In this document: positions 9,177 to 18,265 of the stretch, one piece after another
How positions within the stretch are numbered: position 1 is the first letter of the stretch
Layout: the number at the start of each line of letters is the position of its first letter
Virus record (IMG/VR): IMGVR_UViG_3300035698_013060
Coordinates: 62,001-126,000 of that record
Reading direction: 5' to 3' (one strand)
Length of the DNA: 64,000 nucleotides
Made by a program: the position numbers and the translations under genes
Notes under the pieces: model-generated
What the model saw: only the letters and a program-made list of their open reading frames with translations
Database searches by the model: none
What the model was told of the DNA's origin: nothing

Positions 9177-9441
9177 GTGTCAAGATCCCAGATGTACCTC
9201 TCTAATGATCAGATGCGGATCTCTTGGTCCTAAGCATGGTCTATGCTGGAATTGTAGACTCCGATACATGACCAGTGACGAGAAGCTTACGGAACTGAAA
9301 GGTCACTTCGCTCATCTGAGAAACAAGGGGAGGTACGGATACGAGATTCGTAAACACCAACTAGCACTAGATGCGGTACGTCGAGAGATTTGCCGAAGAA
9401 GTGATAGTGAAGCTGAGAGGGAATTCGAAGCATGTCGATGA
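9169..9441 (+). CDS. Hypothetical Cys-containing protein
   Basis: Overlap-coupled ORF. Confidence 0.6.
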   Translation: MDECQDPRCTSLMIRCGSLGPKHGLCWNCRLRYMTSDEKLTELKGHFAHLRNKGRYGYEIRKHQLALDAVRREICRRSDSEAEREFEACR

Positions 9442-9638
9442 TAATATTAGGTGAGAAGGACGGGGAACTAGACATGGTCAACGCTGACAACGTTGTGAGC
9501 GTTAAGACTGAGGTCAAGTCAATAACCTTGAACTTGACGGATGGAGACTCGATAAAGATCGAGTTCGACGAGATTGATGAATATAAGAAGGCCGTCAACT
9601 TCATTCGGAATAAGGTCTGGAATTCGATAAAACTGTAG
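9432..9638 (+). CDS. Hypothetical small protein
   Basis: Overlap-coupled ORF. Confidence 0.6.
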   Translation: MSMIILGEKDGELDMVNADNVVSVKTEVKSITLNLTDGDSIKIEFDEIDEYKKAVNFIRNKVWNSIKL

Positions 9639-9650
9639 GAGAAATACCTG

Positions 9651-11084
9651 ATGAGAGAGATAGTCGTGCACAACACGCTCATCACGGTGAGCGAGTATGA
9701 GGAAACACCTCGGATAGAGAGGACTCTTTCTGCCTGGGATGAGTCTCGGCACGAAGTCTCCTTTCAAGCGTTTCGGGTAGTATCCATGCCAGATGGTTCA
9801 ACTACTATGGTCGTCCCTCGGTGTTATCCTACTAAGTGGCTCATGGAAGCCTTTCCAGACCACAGGTTGATCCATGCCAAGAGAGACTTGGCAAGTCCCA
9901 GGCGGGTTGACATGAATTGTCTCTGTGACCCGAGAGATGACGCCCAAAGAGAGGCGCTAGAATGGTTGGATGGTAGAGAAGCTTTCTCTCAACATGTCTT
10001 GGAACTTCGTACGGGTATGGGTAAGACGTACATCGCTTTGAAGTACGCCTGTGACTACGGGTACGCAACCCTAGTTGTAGTCCATAACACAAACGTCTTA
10101 GAGCAGTGGCTCTCGCGCATAACAGAGCTGACGGACGTGGATCGTGAAGAGATCGGAGTAGTTCAGGGGTTTAAGAGCTTGGACAAGTGCGCCAGCGACC
10201 CGAACCTCAAGTTCTACGTGGCAATCCATAAGACTCTAGCTAGTGCTATTGAGCGCGACCCGAAGAGTCTAATGGAGTTCTGTAAGAAGACCGACGTTGG
10301 GATGAAGATCATCGACGAGGCTCACATTGAAATGTACGACACTTGTCGAGTGGATCTTCACTCAGACGTTCCTGTCAATCTGTACCTCACCGCTACGGCG
10401 GAGAGGACTAACTGGCGGGAGAACAAGTTGTACGGCTTTATGCTCCCTGTGTATTACGCATGGGGTGGTGGGTCTGCCAAGGTCAGTGAAGAAGACAAGT
10501 ACCACCAAGTCTACTCAGTAAGGTACGAAACCAAGACACTCCAGTCGACTCAGGTGGGAATGCATAACAAGCATGGCTTCAACTTACCTAAATGGGCTGA
10601 GAATAGCCTTGGTCATCTGGATGTAATATTCCCGATGCTTATCAAGTATATTGGAAAGTTCAATGAGGACGGCAGGATCCACTGCATTGTCTTGAAGACT
10701 CTGTCACAATGCTCTGCATTCAGGGCAGGACTCATAGCCAGCGGAATTGTGGATTGTGACATCGGGATGTTCAGTAGTCTAGGTCCTAAGAAGAAGGAAG
10801 AAAGACGGCAGGAATTGTACAAACGGTTCGTGATAACGACGGAAAAGTCCTTAGGGACAGCCATCGATACGGACATTGACGTAATGTACAACTTCATTCC
10901 AATATCTTCCAGACCGGTGATCCTACAGCTTCTGGGTAGACTCCGGAACAACAGGGCCGCTATCTTCGTGGACTTCACTGATTCTTCCATAGAGGCATGC
11001 GTTGAAATGATGAAGCGCAGACGGCAGTACCTAAGGAAGGTGGCCGTCCGTTACGTCGAATGGAAGCACAAACACCAGTCGTGA
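9651..11084 (+). CDS. Superfamily 2 (DEAH; ResIII/UvsW-like) helicase
   Basis: Walker A LRTGMGKT, IIDEAH, LTAT, QLLGRLR. Confidence 0.9.
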   Translation: MREIVVHNTLITVSEYEETPRIERTLSAWDESRHEVSFQAFRVVSMPDGSTTMVVPRCYPTKWLMEAFPDHRLIHAKRDLASPRRVDMNCLCDPRDDAQREALEWLDGREAFSQHVLELRTGMGKTYIALKYACDYGYATLVVVHNTNVLEQWLSRITELTDVDREEIGVVQGFKSLDKCASDPNLKFYVAIHKTLASAIERDPKSLMEFCKKTDVGMKIIDEAHIEMYDTCRVDLHSDVPVNLYLTATAERTNWRENKLYGFMLPVYYAWGGGSAKVSEEDKYHQVYSVRYETKTLQSTQVGMHNKHGFNLPKWAENSLGHLDVIFPMLIKYIGKFNEDGRIHCIVLKTLSQCSAFRAGLIASGIVDCDIGMFSSLGPKKKEERRQELYKRFVITTEKSLGTAIDTDIDVMYNFIPISSRPVILQLLGRLRNNRAAIFVDFTDSSIEACVEMMKRRRQYLRKVAVRYVEWKHKHQS

Positions 11085-11087
11085 ACT

Positions 11088-11126
11088 AACAAACCATCGG
11101 CAATCTGCCGGTCGTATAGATATTAA
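11088..11126 (+). promoter_or_regulatory. Tandem putative late (AACAAACCATCG) and early (GATATTAA) promoter motifs
   Basis: Both recurrent motifs occur in a 60-bp intergenic gap. Confidence 0.45.
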
Positions 11127-11144
11127 CGAGAAGGAGGGGCGCTG

Positions 11145-11963
11145 ATGCTCGAAGAAGGCAGCGTTCTCCCGCCTGAGATGCGGGAAGTCGAAAAACGCCT
11201 GCTCTATGTCAATAATTCCCTTCGAGTCTCTGCCGTCGTAAAGCTATTCAACAGCGATCGACGTAAGAAGGAGACTCCAGCTCTCAAGGTAAGGCATTGG
11301 GGTAAGAGAGGATCGTACTCGTTGGATGTATCAACTAGGGACTTCTTAGTATTCAAATACATAGCTAAGGAGTTCAAGTACAACCAGGATATCTACTTTG
11401 CCCCGCTGGATATCCCGTATTTGGCTGACATACTGGACAGAGCATGTGAATGGTTCCAGCTTAATTCTGTGGCGTTCCAGAGGCATCATGACCGGATATC
11501 CGTCAATAAGAAGAGTTACCTTAAGAGCATGCAATCTGCCATGGGTAAATCCTTCGTCCTCAAACCGGCCGTCAACGAGACGGATGATGGGGATGTAGCA
11601 GTCGTGAGGTTCTGGTTTGGAGAAGGAGACTATGCTGAGTTGAAGTCCGGAGAGATGTGGTCATTAGCTCAATATGTCAGAAGGATTGACATAGCGGCCA
11701 TAAGTGTCGGACTCTTAGCTTTAGCAACTTCATGTCACGGCCCACAGAGGGCTGGACCTGAAATCGACCCCGATATGAACCTCAGAATAACGGAGACCGA
11801 CGTACTAACCATGTCTCTGGAGGAGCTGATTGAATTCTGTAACGGCTCCGAATCCAGCGTGGACTTTGAGATCGATGACGTCGAGAATTTCGGTGAAGAA
11901 GACAAGGACTACCTCCGAAAGCAGATAATCGAGAGGCTAAGGAAGGAGAGAACGGATGCCTAA
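11145..11963 (+). CDS. Hypothetical jumbo-phage protein
   Basis: AAGGAGG RBS; 272 aa. Confidence 0.75.
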   Translation: MLEEGSVLPPEMREVEKRLLYVNNSLRVSAVVKLFNSDRRKKETPALKVRHWGKRGSYSLDVSTRDFLVFKYIAKEFKYNQDIYFAPLDIPYLADILDRACEWFQLNSVAFQRHHDRISVNKKSYLKSMQSAMGKSFVLKPAVNETDDGDVAVVRFWFGEGDYAELKSGEMWSLAQYVRRIDIAAISVGLLALATSCHGPQRAGPEIDPDMNLRITETDVLTMSLEELIEFCNGSESSVDFEIDDVENFGEEDKDYLRKQIIERLRKERTDA

Positions 11964-12480
11964 AATAGCATACGAGATCGAAGGCGTTGACTATGAGGTC
12001 GGCGAGACCTACGGAGTTGACGGTGGTGATCACATCTTCCGTGGACTCTTGTCGGATACCGATGTACCCTCCCCGGGTCTCTGGTTTGACGAGTCGACAG
12101 AAGAGTTCATTATCATCCCAGAGAGCATTCTGAGTGAGGCGATGCGCGTCTTATCGGAAGTGGGAGATGACCCGGAAAACAGAGGTCGGCATAAGAAAAT
12201 GGAACCAGCCGGTCACAGTGAAGAAGACGATGTAGGTTCCAAGTCTCTTCCAAGTGGAATCCTTCGCTACAGGATCCATGATGAGGATGACGTGATGGTC
12301 AGAAAGTTGAAGAAGGCCATCAACGACAGGAATATCACGCTTCAGGACGTTGGGGATTACAACCTGACTTATGGGCTCAAGAAACGGCACAGTATCAAGC
12401 TGTCGTCGTTGGAACGTTGGGCAAGGGTCATGAGACTGAAGGTGAGATTTGACCTTGTTTCGGTCGATGGAGAAGACTGA
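11956..12480 (+). CDS. Hypothetical protein with possible C-terminal HTH
   Basis: C-terminal YNLTYGLKKRHSIKLSSLERWARVM resembles an XRE-like HTH. Confidence 0.7.
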   Translation: MPKIAYEIEGVDYEVGETYGVDGGDHIFRGLLSDTDVPSPGLWFDESTEEFIIIPESILSEAMRVLSEVGDDPENRGRHKKMEPAGHSEEDDVGSKSLPSGILRYRIHDEDDVMVRKLKKAINDRNITLQDVGDYNLTYGLKKRHSIKLSSLERWARVMRLKVRFDLVSVDGED

Positions 12481-12483
12481 TCT

Positions 12484-12606
12484 ATGGGTAAAATTCAAGT
12501 CGAAGCATCTATTGAGACCGAGAGAATAGAGAAGATCCCACGTATGCGGCGTAGGACCTTCATAAAAAGCAAGCGGTGTAAAAGTCGTAAGAGGTCTAGA
12601 AAGTAA
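12484..12606 (+). CDS. Small very basic protein (40 aa), not in the ORF track
   Basis: MGKIQVEASIETERIEKIPRMRRRTFIKSKRCKSRKRSRK; fills the gap before the terminator. Confidence 0.5.
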   Translation: MGKIQVEASIETERIEKIPRMRRRTFIKSKRCKSRKRSRK

Positions 12607-12623
12607 GTCTCTCGGCAGTATTC

Positions 12624-12651
12624 ATCCCCCTACCCAATTGGGTAGGGGGAT
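12624..12651. terminator. Hairpin between convergent operons
   Basis: atccccctaccc-aatt-gggtagggggat perfect inverted repeat. Confidence 0.8.
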
Positions 12652-12678
12652 TGAACATCGAGATTCTTCTTCAGGATT

Positions 12679-13272
12679 CTACTGGAGAGCAGCTTCGACG
12701 GTCTCGATCATCTCAATTTTCGTGGATCTCATGTCGAGTTCGATGGGAGGTTCCATTTCGGCGGCGTAGGCGACGAGTTCTTTCTTCGTCATGGCTTCGA
12801 TGAGGCTGAGGTCAACTTCCTCTTCATCGACTTCCTCTTCATCGACTTCCTCTTCGTCAACTTCCTCTTCGTCAACTTCCTCTTCGTCAACTTCCTCTTC
12901 GTCAACTTCCTCTTCGTCAACTTCCTCTTCGTCAACTTCCTCTTCGTCAACTTCCTCGAGTTTCGGAGTCTCGAGAATGGCTTCATCTTCCTTGGGCTCC
13001 GGAATGATTTCTTCCGCAGGTTCTATGCCACCAGGGACATCGTCCACGGCCCCGGGATTGGGAGCATCCGGAATCGAAGCTTCCACCTTCTTCGGTGTGG
13101 ATGGTCTTGGGGCCTTCCTGGTCTCTTTGATGATCACCTTGTATCCCATACTCTTCAACTTGTCGGCAACCGACTTCGGTACCGAGATGTTGCTCAGGAT
13201 AGGTCCCCTACGGTTGATGAAGGGGATAACCCCGGAGTGGTTTACCGTGATAAGAACTTTTGGATCTGCCAT
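12679..13272 (-). CDS. Protein with (EEEVD)n acidic tandem repeat and C-terminal Rho-N/HeH-like helical domain
   Basis: Ten EEVD units; LSLIEAMTKKELVAYA...STKIEMI tail. Confidence 0.8.
   Translation of the reverse strand: MADPKVLITVNHSGVIPFINRRGPILSNISVPKSVADKLKSMGYKVIIKETRKAPRPSTPKKVEASIPDAPNPGAVDDVPGGIEPAEEIIPEPKEDEAILETPKLEEVDEEEVDEEEVDEEEVDEEEVDEEEVDEEEVDEEEVDEEEVDEEEVDLSLIEAMTKKELVAYAAEMEPPIELDMRSTKIEMIETVEAALQ
12811..12957. repeat. 15-bp tandem repeat (gtcaacttcctcttc), about 10 copies
   Basis: Visible directly; two copies read atcgacttcctcttc. Confidence 0.97.
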
Positions 13273-13301
13273 TCTTCCATTCTCCTTGGGTTTCTGGGCT
13301 C

Positions 13302-13475
13302 CTACAGGAAGAGGCGCCCTTCTACTTTTTGTCTCTTCACTTCTGTTTCAGTGGCTTCAGCCCTTTCGAGATGCCGGTCTTCGAAGTCCTGTTCATCTAC
13401 CGAGTGGCGAACCATCTCTTTGGTAGCTACAGCATCCTCATCGGCCTCAATTTCCTTCTTGATGTCGTTTATCAC
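13302..13475 (-). CDS. Small acidic protein (57 aa), not in the ORF track
   Basis: AAGGAG RBS, GTG start, MINDIKKEIEADEDAV...GRLFL*; fills a gap in the minus-strand operon. Confidence 0.65.
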   Translation of the reverse strand: MINDIKKEIEADEDAVATKEMVRHSVDEQDFEDRHLERAEATETEVKRQKVEGRLFL

Positions 13476-13493
13476 GTCATCTCTCCTTGTTTT

Positions 13494-14060
13494 TCAGATG
13501 CTGATGAACACCGTCTTACCACGCTCTTTGAGCTTGATCGTGGCACTGCTTCTTGCATCGTACTCTCCACCAATCCTAAGGAAACCGGTTCTCTCAGTTG
13601 GGGTTTTGTAGTAGATGTAAATCGACAGAAGTTCTAGCTTCTTTGGTTGATCCTTTGGGAAACGAATCTTCCCATCCTTACCGACTTTTCCTCTATGGTT
13701 CCAAACGAAAGCCGTCCAAGCCTTTATAGGTCGTCCAACTGAAATGTAAGGATGAAGAGTAAAAGCCACTGTCCCTTTGAAGTCTGGATTCTCTACCCGG
13801 ATTTCAGAGGCTAGTCCTCTAGCAATCTTACCTGCTTCAGAGGAGTGCATCTCACTCTCGCCGACAACATAGCTCCTTGGAGGGATTATCCGCGACCCAG
13901 GTATAATCTTTCCATCTATAGTTGTCAGATTCCTCAGGATGTCCTTTTGGCCTCTGATTTTCACCGACCCATTCTTGAGCTTGGAGACAAAGACTTCACT
14001 TACACTTTTCATTCCAGAAAGGAAGTCTTCATGTAGGAGCCCGTCGTAAAACACTGTCAT
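13494..14060 (-). CDS. Hypothetical protein with MTVFYD...LHE N-terminus (putative internal head protein)
   Basis: Shared N-terminal motif. Confidence 0.7.
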   Translation of the reverse strand: MTVFYDGLLHEDFLSGMKSVSEVFVSKLKNGSVKIRGQKDILRNLTTIDGKIIPGSRIIPPRSYVVGESEMHSSEAGKIARGLASEIRVENPDFKGTVAFTLHPYISVGRPIKAWTAFVWNHRGKVGKDGKIRFPKDQPKKLELLSIYIYYKTPTERTGFLRIGGEYDARSSATIKLKERGKTVFISI

Positions 14061-15310
14061 GGCGACGTTACCCCCAGTATACTCTCCTCAATCGCCTTAA
14101 GGACGATGAGAGCACATGGAATGAGCATAAAGCTCCTAAGGTCCAGCATGATCTCAATGTCAGGTACCATGTCGAGAAGAGCGTTATGGTCGATGACTTC
14201 AGACTCAGTGTCGAGTCTGTCAGCCAAGTAGGTAATGATAAAGTTCTCCAATTCTCTTCCTGTTCCCGGGAACAGAGTGAGAGATTGAGCCTGTGCCAGG
14301 AAACCAGGATCACCCACGGCTATCTGAAACGCATCGGTCGGAACAGTCACACATGGATGCATGGCTTCGTAGTAATCACCTGGAAAAGCGAAGAAGATCG
14401 ACGTTACTTCACTGGACCTATAAGCTACGAGAGCTTCCGACGTGATGCTCATCAACGTCTCGGGGTGCCTGATCGCGTAATAGAATGTTTGCTTTTCTAC
14501 AGCGAGCATAGACACGTACGCCTCTCTCCGTGGAGAGAGTAAGACTGATGTATTATCGTAGAAACTAGTCTGAAACTCCAGAGCTTGCGTGATTTCCATC
14601 GAATGATGGGCCATATAGTTGACGATCTTCCCAGGGAGCGAACCATCGTAGTGTAGAAACGATGAGGTAGATCTATCATAGAAGTAGGTCCCGTACAAGT
14701 CAGACATCTGTTCCCTGAAGCTCCGGCATCTCCTGAGAGATTGGGCTAGGGTACTCTTTAGAATTGGAGTTCTGTTGTTCTCGTAGTCTGTGACACTAAA
14801 TTCAAGCTCATCATCCTTCTGCTCTTCCACCTGCGCTAAAGTCTCCGAAGAGAGCCTTATAGTCAGCTGATTGAAGCGCTTGGAATTCATGATGGACTTG
14901 GAGACTGATGTCACCTGGAACATGGCAACCACGATGGTCCCAGCATCATCGTATTCGATGGCAATGAAATCATCAGGGAACGGCGTTATCGTTCCAGGAA
15001 GAATCAAAGCCGGTGAGGATACTTCAGCCTCTGGGCCGAACGTTCCTGCACTGAGATCCAACGTCAGTTGTTCCAGTCCGTAGATCGGGAAACTGTCGAT
15101 CCTATTAAAGCGAACAGGGCTTTCGTCGCCTGCTACCTGGTATACAACGTCAAGGTGAGCATCCTGACTAGAAGCTGATACCTTCTTATTGTAGTACGCT
15201 AGGTAGCTTGGGGCTGACGACAGCATGTCGCTGTAGTCTTCCAAAGCGTTTGTCAGATTCTCTTGGATCTGATGCTGAATGATCCCTTGATCGTCAAGTA
15301 TTCTGGCCAT
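14057..15310 (-). CDS. Probable virion structural protein
   Basis: 417 aa; PVRFNRIDSFPIYG and ILPGTITPFPDDF motifs recalled from AR9/phiKZ-like structural proteins. Confidence 0.6.
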   Translation of the reverse strand: MARILDDQGIIQHQIQENLTNALEDYSDMLSSAPSYLAYYNKKVSASSQDAHLDVVYQVAGDESPVRFNRIDSFPIYGLEQLTLDLSAGTFGPEAEVSSPALILPGTITPFPDDFIAIEYDDAGTIVVAMFQVTSVSKSIMNSKRFNQLTIRLSSETLAQVEEQKDDELEFSVTDYENNRTPILKSTLAQSLRRCRSFREQMSDLYGTYFYDRSTSSFLHYDGSLPGKIVNYMAHHSMEITQALEFQTSFYDNTSVLLSPRREAYVSMLAVEKQTFYYAIRHPETLMSITSEALVAYRSSEVTSIFFAFPGDYYEAMHPCVTVPTDAFQIAVGDPGFLAQAQSLTLFPGTGRELENFIITYLADRLDTESEVIDHNALLDMVPDIEIMLDLRSFMLIPCALIVLKAIEESILGVTSP

Positions 15311-15581
15311 CTTGCCCTCCGCTCCGTCTCTTGAGCTGACGGATTTGCTTTGCTATTGGGCCCTTGTCGCTGGTGTCCGGGACGAAACTAACCCTGTCTT
15401 TGGGATAGACTACCCGGAAGCCCTCCATGTCGATATTGGTATAATGTATGAACAGGTCAGGGGCACCATTGTCTTGTTTGATATAACCTATACCGTGGTT
15501 GAACCACTTAACAATGCCCGTCAGCCTGTCAGGTCCGTCTTCTGCCGTCTCTAGCGCCGGTGCGCTTGGCTCTGTATCCAT
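15294..15581 (-). CDS. csp: Cold-shock domain protein
   Basis: TGIVKWFN-GIGYI, DLFIHY, KGPIA. Confidence 0.9.
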   Translation of the reverse strand: MDTEPSAPALETAEDGPDRLTGIVKWFNHGIGYIKQDNGAPDLFIHYTNIDMEGFRVVYPKDRVSFVPDTSDKGPIAKQIRQLKRRSGGQDGQNT

Positions 15582-15633
15582 GCTAAAAGCCTCCCAGCTT
15601 GATGTTGTTTGCGGGGAGTCCCATGACTCTTGT

Positions 15634-15645
15634 CAATAGCATGTT
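15634..15645 (-). promoter_or_regulatory. Putative late promoter AACATGCTATTG
   Basis: AACA-N4-AT-TG upstream of the csp/structural operon. Confidence 0.6.
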
Positions 15646-15666
15646 CCGAAGGAGACATAGAGACAG

Positions 15667-15996
15667 TCAACCGACCTCGTCCAGGCTCTCCTCTATCGCC
15701 GCTGGTGAGGCGTACCTACCTATCCTCAGGTTGTGGATTTTCCGGAGCTTGGCCCGGAACTCCTTCTTGACGGTCATAGGCTTTCGCTTGCCTCTAGCTT
15801 GATCGATCTCCTGGAGAGCCTTAATGTAGAGGCCCTCAAGCCTGTAGAACGCCAAGCAATCGCGCAACGCGCCAGCGTATCTTCTCTTGTACTTTTCACC
15901 CTCTTCTTTCTTCCTAGAGATGAAGTAAGACGTAAGGATACCCGTGAGAGCAAACACTCCCGTCAATACGGGTGGGATCCAAACTTTCATTTCCAT
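15667..15996 (-). CDS. Membrane-anchored hypothetical protein
   Basis: N-terminal TM helix; AACAGAAGATTG motif at 16023-16034 upstream. Confidence 0.7.
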   Translation of the reverse strand: MEMKVWIPPVLTGVFALTGILTSYFISRKKEEGEKYKRRYAGALRDCLAFYRLEGLYIKALQEIDQARGKRKPMTVKKEFRAKLRKIHNLRIGRYASPAAIEESLDEVG

Positions 15997-16113
15997 TTTT
16001 CTATGCTCCTCTATTCTAAGATCAATCTTCTGTTATCCTTAGAAAAAAGGACCTCATGGTCCTCTCCTGAATACGCTTCGATCCACAAATTTCGTATTTC
16101 GTGTGTCGTCTCT

Positions 16114-16527
16114 TCAGCGTCGGATATCAAATCCGACAGCTATGATAGCTTTGAAGGCCTCTTCCTCACCGCCAAACTTCCACTCAGCAGCATACCCCAA
16201 ATGCATTCTTGAGAACTCTACAGATCCGTTTGCTAGGACATAGTAACGATGAATGCCGCCGTTACCATAGATCTCAGCAATGATATCCCTGGTTTTCACC
16301 AGTTCCATCAGGTTTTCCTTGCGATACTTTTCGTCCCTTACACAGTCCAATTCCATACGGAGTTTCAACAGGCGTCCTTCAGCCCATTCAAACGAGAGAG
16401 TATCAGGTCTCTCTTCGTTGTATCCAGGTCCATACATCGGATAATCCCGATCATACGACCCTTTTCCTTCAATCGCGTCATACGCAACGCGAACCTTGTC
16501 CACACTATCAACCATCAAGTTTATCAT
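16114..16527 (-). CDS. Hypothetical protein
   Basis: GGAGAGG RBS; CATATTAC motif upstream at 16609-16616. Confidence 0.7.
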   Translation of the reverse strand: MINLMVDSVDKVRVAYDAIEGKGSYDRDYPMYGPGYNEERPDTLSFEWAEGRLLKLRMELDCVRDEKYRKENLMELVKTRDIIAEIYGNGGIHRYYVLANGSVEFSRMHLGYAAEWKFGGEEEAFKAIIAVGFDIRR

Positions 16528-16707
16528 ATCCTCTCCCTCTCAATCTCTCCTTCAACATGATAGGTGTAGAGTAACCTAAGCTCAATGAAAATCATGGAGC
16601 TTACGAATGTAATATGTATCAAAGAAAGAGGTATTTACGGGAAGAAAAGTAAAACTCCCTTACCCGGAAGATCCAGGTAAGGGGTTTCTATCTTTACATG
16701 TACGATG

Positions 16708-16890
16708 CTACATAGTCATATCGCACAAGGGACATCCTTCAAAGTTTGCACAATCAGAGCAAAGTAATGCCCCACACTCTCTACACAACTTCTTGTTGTT
16801 GGACATCACATCAGCCCCACATCCCTCACACTCTCCTATGAATATGAGCCGTTTCTTCTTTATGATTATCTTCTTTCTCTCTTCGTCCAT
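16708..16890 (-). CDS. Small Cys-rich zinc-finger protein
   Basis: Four CxxC pairs; GGAGG RBS before MDEERKK. Confidence 0.7.
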   Translation of the reverse strand: MDEERKKIIIKKKRLIFIGECEGCGADVMSNNKKLCRECGALLCSDCANFEGCPLCDMTM

Positions 16891-16891
16891 C

Positions 16892-17341
16892 TCACATCCT
16901 CCAGTATGAATACTTCTCTCTATCATTGTCGAACCTGACCTCCAGGTCCTTTCTATACTTTTTGAGTACCATCCCAACTAGAGCGGTGTGACATACAAAT
17001 GTTCCATGTTCATCGACCTGTTCTCTAGCCTTTCCGAATCGAGAATTACACCAACAGCATAGAGCAACGTCAACGTCTTTTCGAAGACCTCCGTACCAAT
17101 CTGTCACGACTTCTCTACGTTTCTCAAGACCCTCGAAATAGGTCCTGTAATAACCTTCAGGAGAGTTGAAAGATCTCAGCATGATAGCTTCCCCGTTGGT
17201 GTCGAACGGGGCTAAGAATTTCAACTGAGTCATTTCCATCGTGTCTGGAAGCCTTCTAGCTACGGACATAGGGGTAAACCCCTCCGGAACAGTCCAGAAG
17301 GAACACAAGATGATCACGGCTTCCTCCTCAATGCCACACAC
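16892..17341 (-). CDS. Hypothetical protein, DUF488-like
   Basis: SVAR...LAP...VALCCWC...CH pattern; start uncertain. Confidence 0.55.
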   Translation of the reverse strand: MCGIEEEAVIILCSFWTVPEGFTPMSVARRLPDTMEMTQLKFLAPFDTNGEAIMLRSFNSPEGYYRTYFEGLEKRREVVTDWYGGLRKDVDVALCCWCNSRFGKAREQVDEHGTFVCHTALVGMVLKKYRKDLEVRFDNDREKYSYWRM

Positions 17342-17356
17342 AGACTCTTCTTACGT

Positions 17357-17989
17357 TCACCAGCCCATATAGTCAGTGACTCTGTTGTACTGTTCTTCAG
17401 TCACCATGTCCTGTTCTTTGTAGAACTTCATGACCTCGTCGAGTCGTAGTAGAGCTCTTGCGGCGTATTGCTTGCGACCAAGGGCTTCAAGTCCACCTTG
17501 ACACCTATCGAGGATGACCATCACCCTCTTGACCTTAAGCCCGGCAGCTTCAAGTACCTCAATGGCCTCGAGCTTGGAACTACATGTAGTGATAAGGTCG
17601 TCGACTAGGAAGACAAAATCTCCCTTTCTGTAGGATCCGTCAACGGAAGCCCCAGAACCATGAGTTTTCTTGTCAATCCTTGGCATAATGGCCCCATATC
17701 CAGTATTGATTGAGAGGGCTGTAGCCAACGGTATCCCGGCGATAGGAATTCCAGCGACCCATAGATTTCCTTCATCGGAATTCAACTCGTTAACGAGTTT
17801 TATGAAATCCCACTTCATGATCATAGCGATGTCTTTCAGATCATCCGGGTGGGATTGAAGTACCCTCAGGTCGACGTAGATCGGAGACAAAGGAGCATCC
17901 GGCTCCTTTTCATGGAGCTTCAGTTTGAACTCCCCAAATTTAATACATCCGATTTCAAACAGTGCTCTTGCAATATCTGCGTGTTTCAT
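17357..17989 (-). CDS. pyrE: Orotate phosphoribosyltransferase
   Basis: FGEFKLK...SPIYVDLR, KKTHG loop, PRPP motif FLVDDLITT, ILDRCQGG. Confidence 0.92.
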   Translation of the reverse strand: MKHADIARALFEIGCIKFGEFKLKLHEKEPDAPLSPIYVDLRVLQSHPDDLKDIAMIMKWDFIKLVNELNSDEGNLWVAGIPIAGIPLATALSINTGYGAIMPRIDKKTHGSGASVDGSYRKGDFVFLVDDLITTCSSKLEAIEVLEAAGLKVKRVMVILDRCQGGLEALGRKQYAARALLRLDEVMKFYKEQDMVTEEQYNRVTDYMGW

Positions 17990-18001
17990 GATTTTCCTTC
18001 G

Positions 18002-18265
18002 TTAGAGTCCGGCCCTGCGCAGATCTTCGCTGCATAGGTACGGTTTTTCTTTCTCTATCTGTCCGGCGGCAAAGGCGATCTGCGCCGCCTCCGCCCTTCC
18101 GATGAACTGTCCTTGACTGTCTATAAATCCCTGCTCGCACCTGACTGGAGTCTTGTGTCCACGAGCTGCGAAACGACCGATGATGATCCCGTGATCTCTC
18201 CCAGTAATCACCACCGGCTTTTCACCACATGTACACTGTATGGCTGCTACGCGTACCTCTCTCAT
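18002..18265 (-). CDS. Hypothetical phage protein
   Basis: AAI...GRDH...QGFIDSQGQFIGRAEAAQIAFAAGQI...LCSEDL phage motif. Confidence 0.75.
   Translation of the reverse strand: MREVRVAAIQCTCGEKPVVITGRDHGIIIGRFAARGHKTPVRCEQGFIDSQGQFIGRAEAAQIAFAAGQIEKEKPYLCSEDLRRAGL

Noticed and set aside
12811-12957. CRISPR array
   Set aside because: Head-to-tail 15-bp units with no spacers, in frame within a CDS; no cas genes in the window
12791-13637. + strand ORFs (poly-Ser 211 aa and others)
   Set aside because: Antisense shadows of the acidic repeat gene and its neighbours
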